DNA of 64,000 nt from Narcine bancroftii (Eukaryota): contig NC_091473.1 of the NCBI RefSeq assembly GCF_036971445.1, positions 211,482,001-211,546,000 on the forward strand, in the 5' to 3' direction. Below are positions 62,364 through 64,000 of this stretch, in pieces (position 1 is the first letter of the stretch; every line of letters starts with the position of its first letter). A program made the position numbers and the translations under genes. Below the pieces are notes generated by a model. It worked only from the letters and a program-made list of their open reading frames with translations. It was not told the DNA's origin and did no database searches.

Positions 62364-62675
62364 TCAGCCGCCAAAGCCATAGAGAGTGCAGCCCTGGCAT
62401 TTCAGAGCATACACCACATCCATGGCGGTGACCGTCTTGTGCTTGGCGTGCTCGGTGTAGGTGACGGCATCCCTGATCACATTCTCCAGGAAAACCTTCA
62501 GCACCCCGCGGGTCTCCTTGTAGATCAGCCCCGAGATGTGTTTCACTCCGCCACGCCAAGCCAGGCGGTGGATGGTGGGTTTGGTGATGCCCTGGATGTT
62601 ATCACGGAGAACTTTATGGTGCCGCTTGACTCCACCTTTGCCCAGTCCTTTATCTCCTTTTCCTCTGCCAGACAT
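62364..62675 (-). pseudogene. H4: Histone H4, copy 2: full-length open frame with 11 substitutions and a broken stem-loop
   Basis: G7D, A15V, R19H, A33T, R35H, R39W, R45H, E52K, R78H, R92C, R95C versus canonical H4; the 5' arm of the stem-loop is missing at about 62320-62335. Confidence 0.85.
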
Positions 62676-63844
62676 GGTCCCACTCACTGAAGTCGCTGAT
62701 CAATGACAGCCCCACTGCTGCCGGCCCCTTTTATACACAGCGCCCCGACCTGGCTGAGGACGTGCAGTGAAGGGGAGGGGAGGAGACAGAGTCAGAGTGA
62801 CAGAGAGAGCAGAGAGCGGCCTCTCATCTTCCGCCCCGGCCCCGGCCCCGAAAATCGCCAATTTCCAACCGTGATCAGCAGCAGAAAAGAAACAGTGACC
62901 GCGAACAACACACATGGGGTTACATTTTTTCCGATTTCCTGAAATATGAAAGCTTTAAATAGGCGCTGTGGCAATTAACTAATGGTGATATTCCTGCTGA
63001 AGCTCTGTCCCTTAGTTAACATAGGAAGGAGTCAAGGGTACATTCAAATTAGGAGCAGGAGATAGCCATTCGGCCCAATGATACTGCTCTGCTTTCAATA
63101 AGAGACTTGATCTGCACTTGGACTTATCACCATTTCCCATAACCCTTAATCCACTCCTTTTAAGAAATCTGAGTTTTGGAAGAATTTAATGAGGCAGCTT
63201 CACTGGGCAGAGAATTCCGCAGATTCACTTCCCTCAGGGAGAAGGCATTTCCTCATCTCCATCTCAAATCTACTCCCCGGATCTCATCTCCTTCCGTTTC
63301 ACCACGGAAGCCTGTCTCCTGTCCCCACACCTCCCCTCCTCGGTGAATAATCACCTTAACCCGGCTGATATGGGAAACCTCCCTGTGATGGCTGCAGATT
63401 CTGAGGCATGTGATATGTAATTACACCACTAGGTCGCCAGGGGTCATCCCAGTGACCTTGTACATAAAGCAGTCCAGAGCTACAGTCCAGACTTCCAAGT
63501 TGTCTTCCAAGACCTCTTAGTGTAAATATTGATTTATTAAAGTTGTCTTATACTCGCACTGCTGTTTTGGTTATTGTCAGTACAATTTAATACTCTCCCC
63601 CAGAATCTGCCTAAAGGAATTGGTATTGAACGGAGACAGGAGTCGATCACATTCCCAGACCGAGTGAAGCCTGTCCCGGACATCCCGTTGTCAGGATTTT
63701 ATTTGGACACTGGGACCGGGCGGGTGCAGAGAATATGATGGAGTTACCGGGCTTCGCGTGAATGATTCCCCGCTGGAATGTGAACGTGGTCCCGGAACAG
63801 GAGTGACGTGACTGGGTAGCAGCTCTTCACTGAGGGATGTGGGT

Positions 63845-63860
63845 GGCTCTGAGAAGAGCC
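63845..63860 (-). terminator. Histone stem-loop of H1 copy 2
   Basis: GGCTCT-TCTC-AGAGCC-ACCCA with HDE GAAGAGCTG. Confidence 0.93.
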
Positions 63861-63896
63861 GTTGGGGTCAGGACTTTACACATTGAGCTTTTTCTT

Positions 63897-64000
63897 TCAC
63901 TTCTTGGCCGCTGCCTTGGGTTTAGATTTCGGCCGGGCCCTGGATTTTACAACCTTTTTGGTCGCCTTCACCTTGGTGACTTTGGCCTTCGGGGGGCTCT
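63897..64000 (-). CDS. H1: Histone H1, copy 2, 3' end only (runs off the window)
   Basis: SPPKAKVTKVKATKKVVKSRARPKSKPKAAAKK*, same amino acids as copy 1. Confidence 0.9.
   Translation of the reverse strand, partial: SPPKAKVTKVKATKKVVKSRARPKSKPKAAAKK

Overview
Eukaryotic, repeat-rich vertebrate DNA, most likely a cartilaginous fish (inferred from HE1/V-SINE-like SINEs, Penelope-derived repeats and the divergent H1). The window holds two tandem copies of a replication-dependent histone quintet in the order H2B(+) H2A(+) H3(-) H4(-) H1(-), at about 20.7-28.7 kb and 59.1-64 kb. They sit inside a larger duplicated unit that also carries a C2H2 zinc-finger gene (decayed copies at 1-720 on - and 33.25-38.53 kb on +). 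The histone copies are decaying differently: copy 1 keeps an intact H3.2 and H1, copy 2 keeps an intact H2B and an intact H1 3' end. The rest is nested transposable elements: a full-length L1 with TSD and YY1 site, truncated L1s, an RTE LINE, CR1 and Rex1 fragments, an ERV with two LTRs and a tRNA-Ser PBS, Gypsy elements, solo LTRs and MITEs. Most notable are (i) minimal hammerhead-ribozyme motifs in Penelope-derived repeats, including a retrozyme-like tandem pair, (ii) a co-amplified histone-quintet + ZNF unit, and (iii) a truncated H2A with a new AATAAA and a broken stem-loop. All alignments were done by eye, so TE boundaries without TSDs are approximate.
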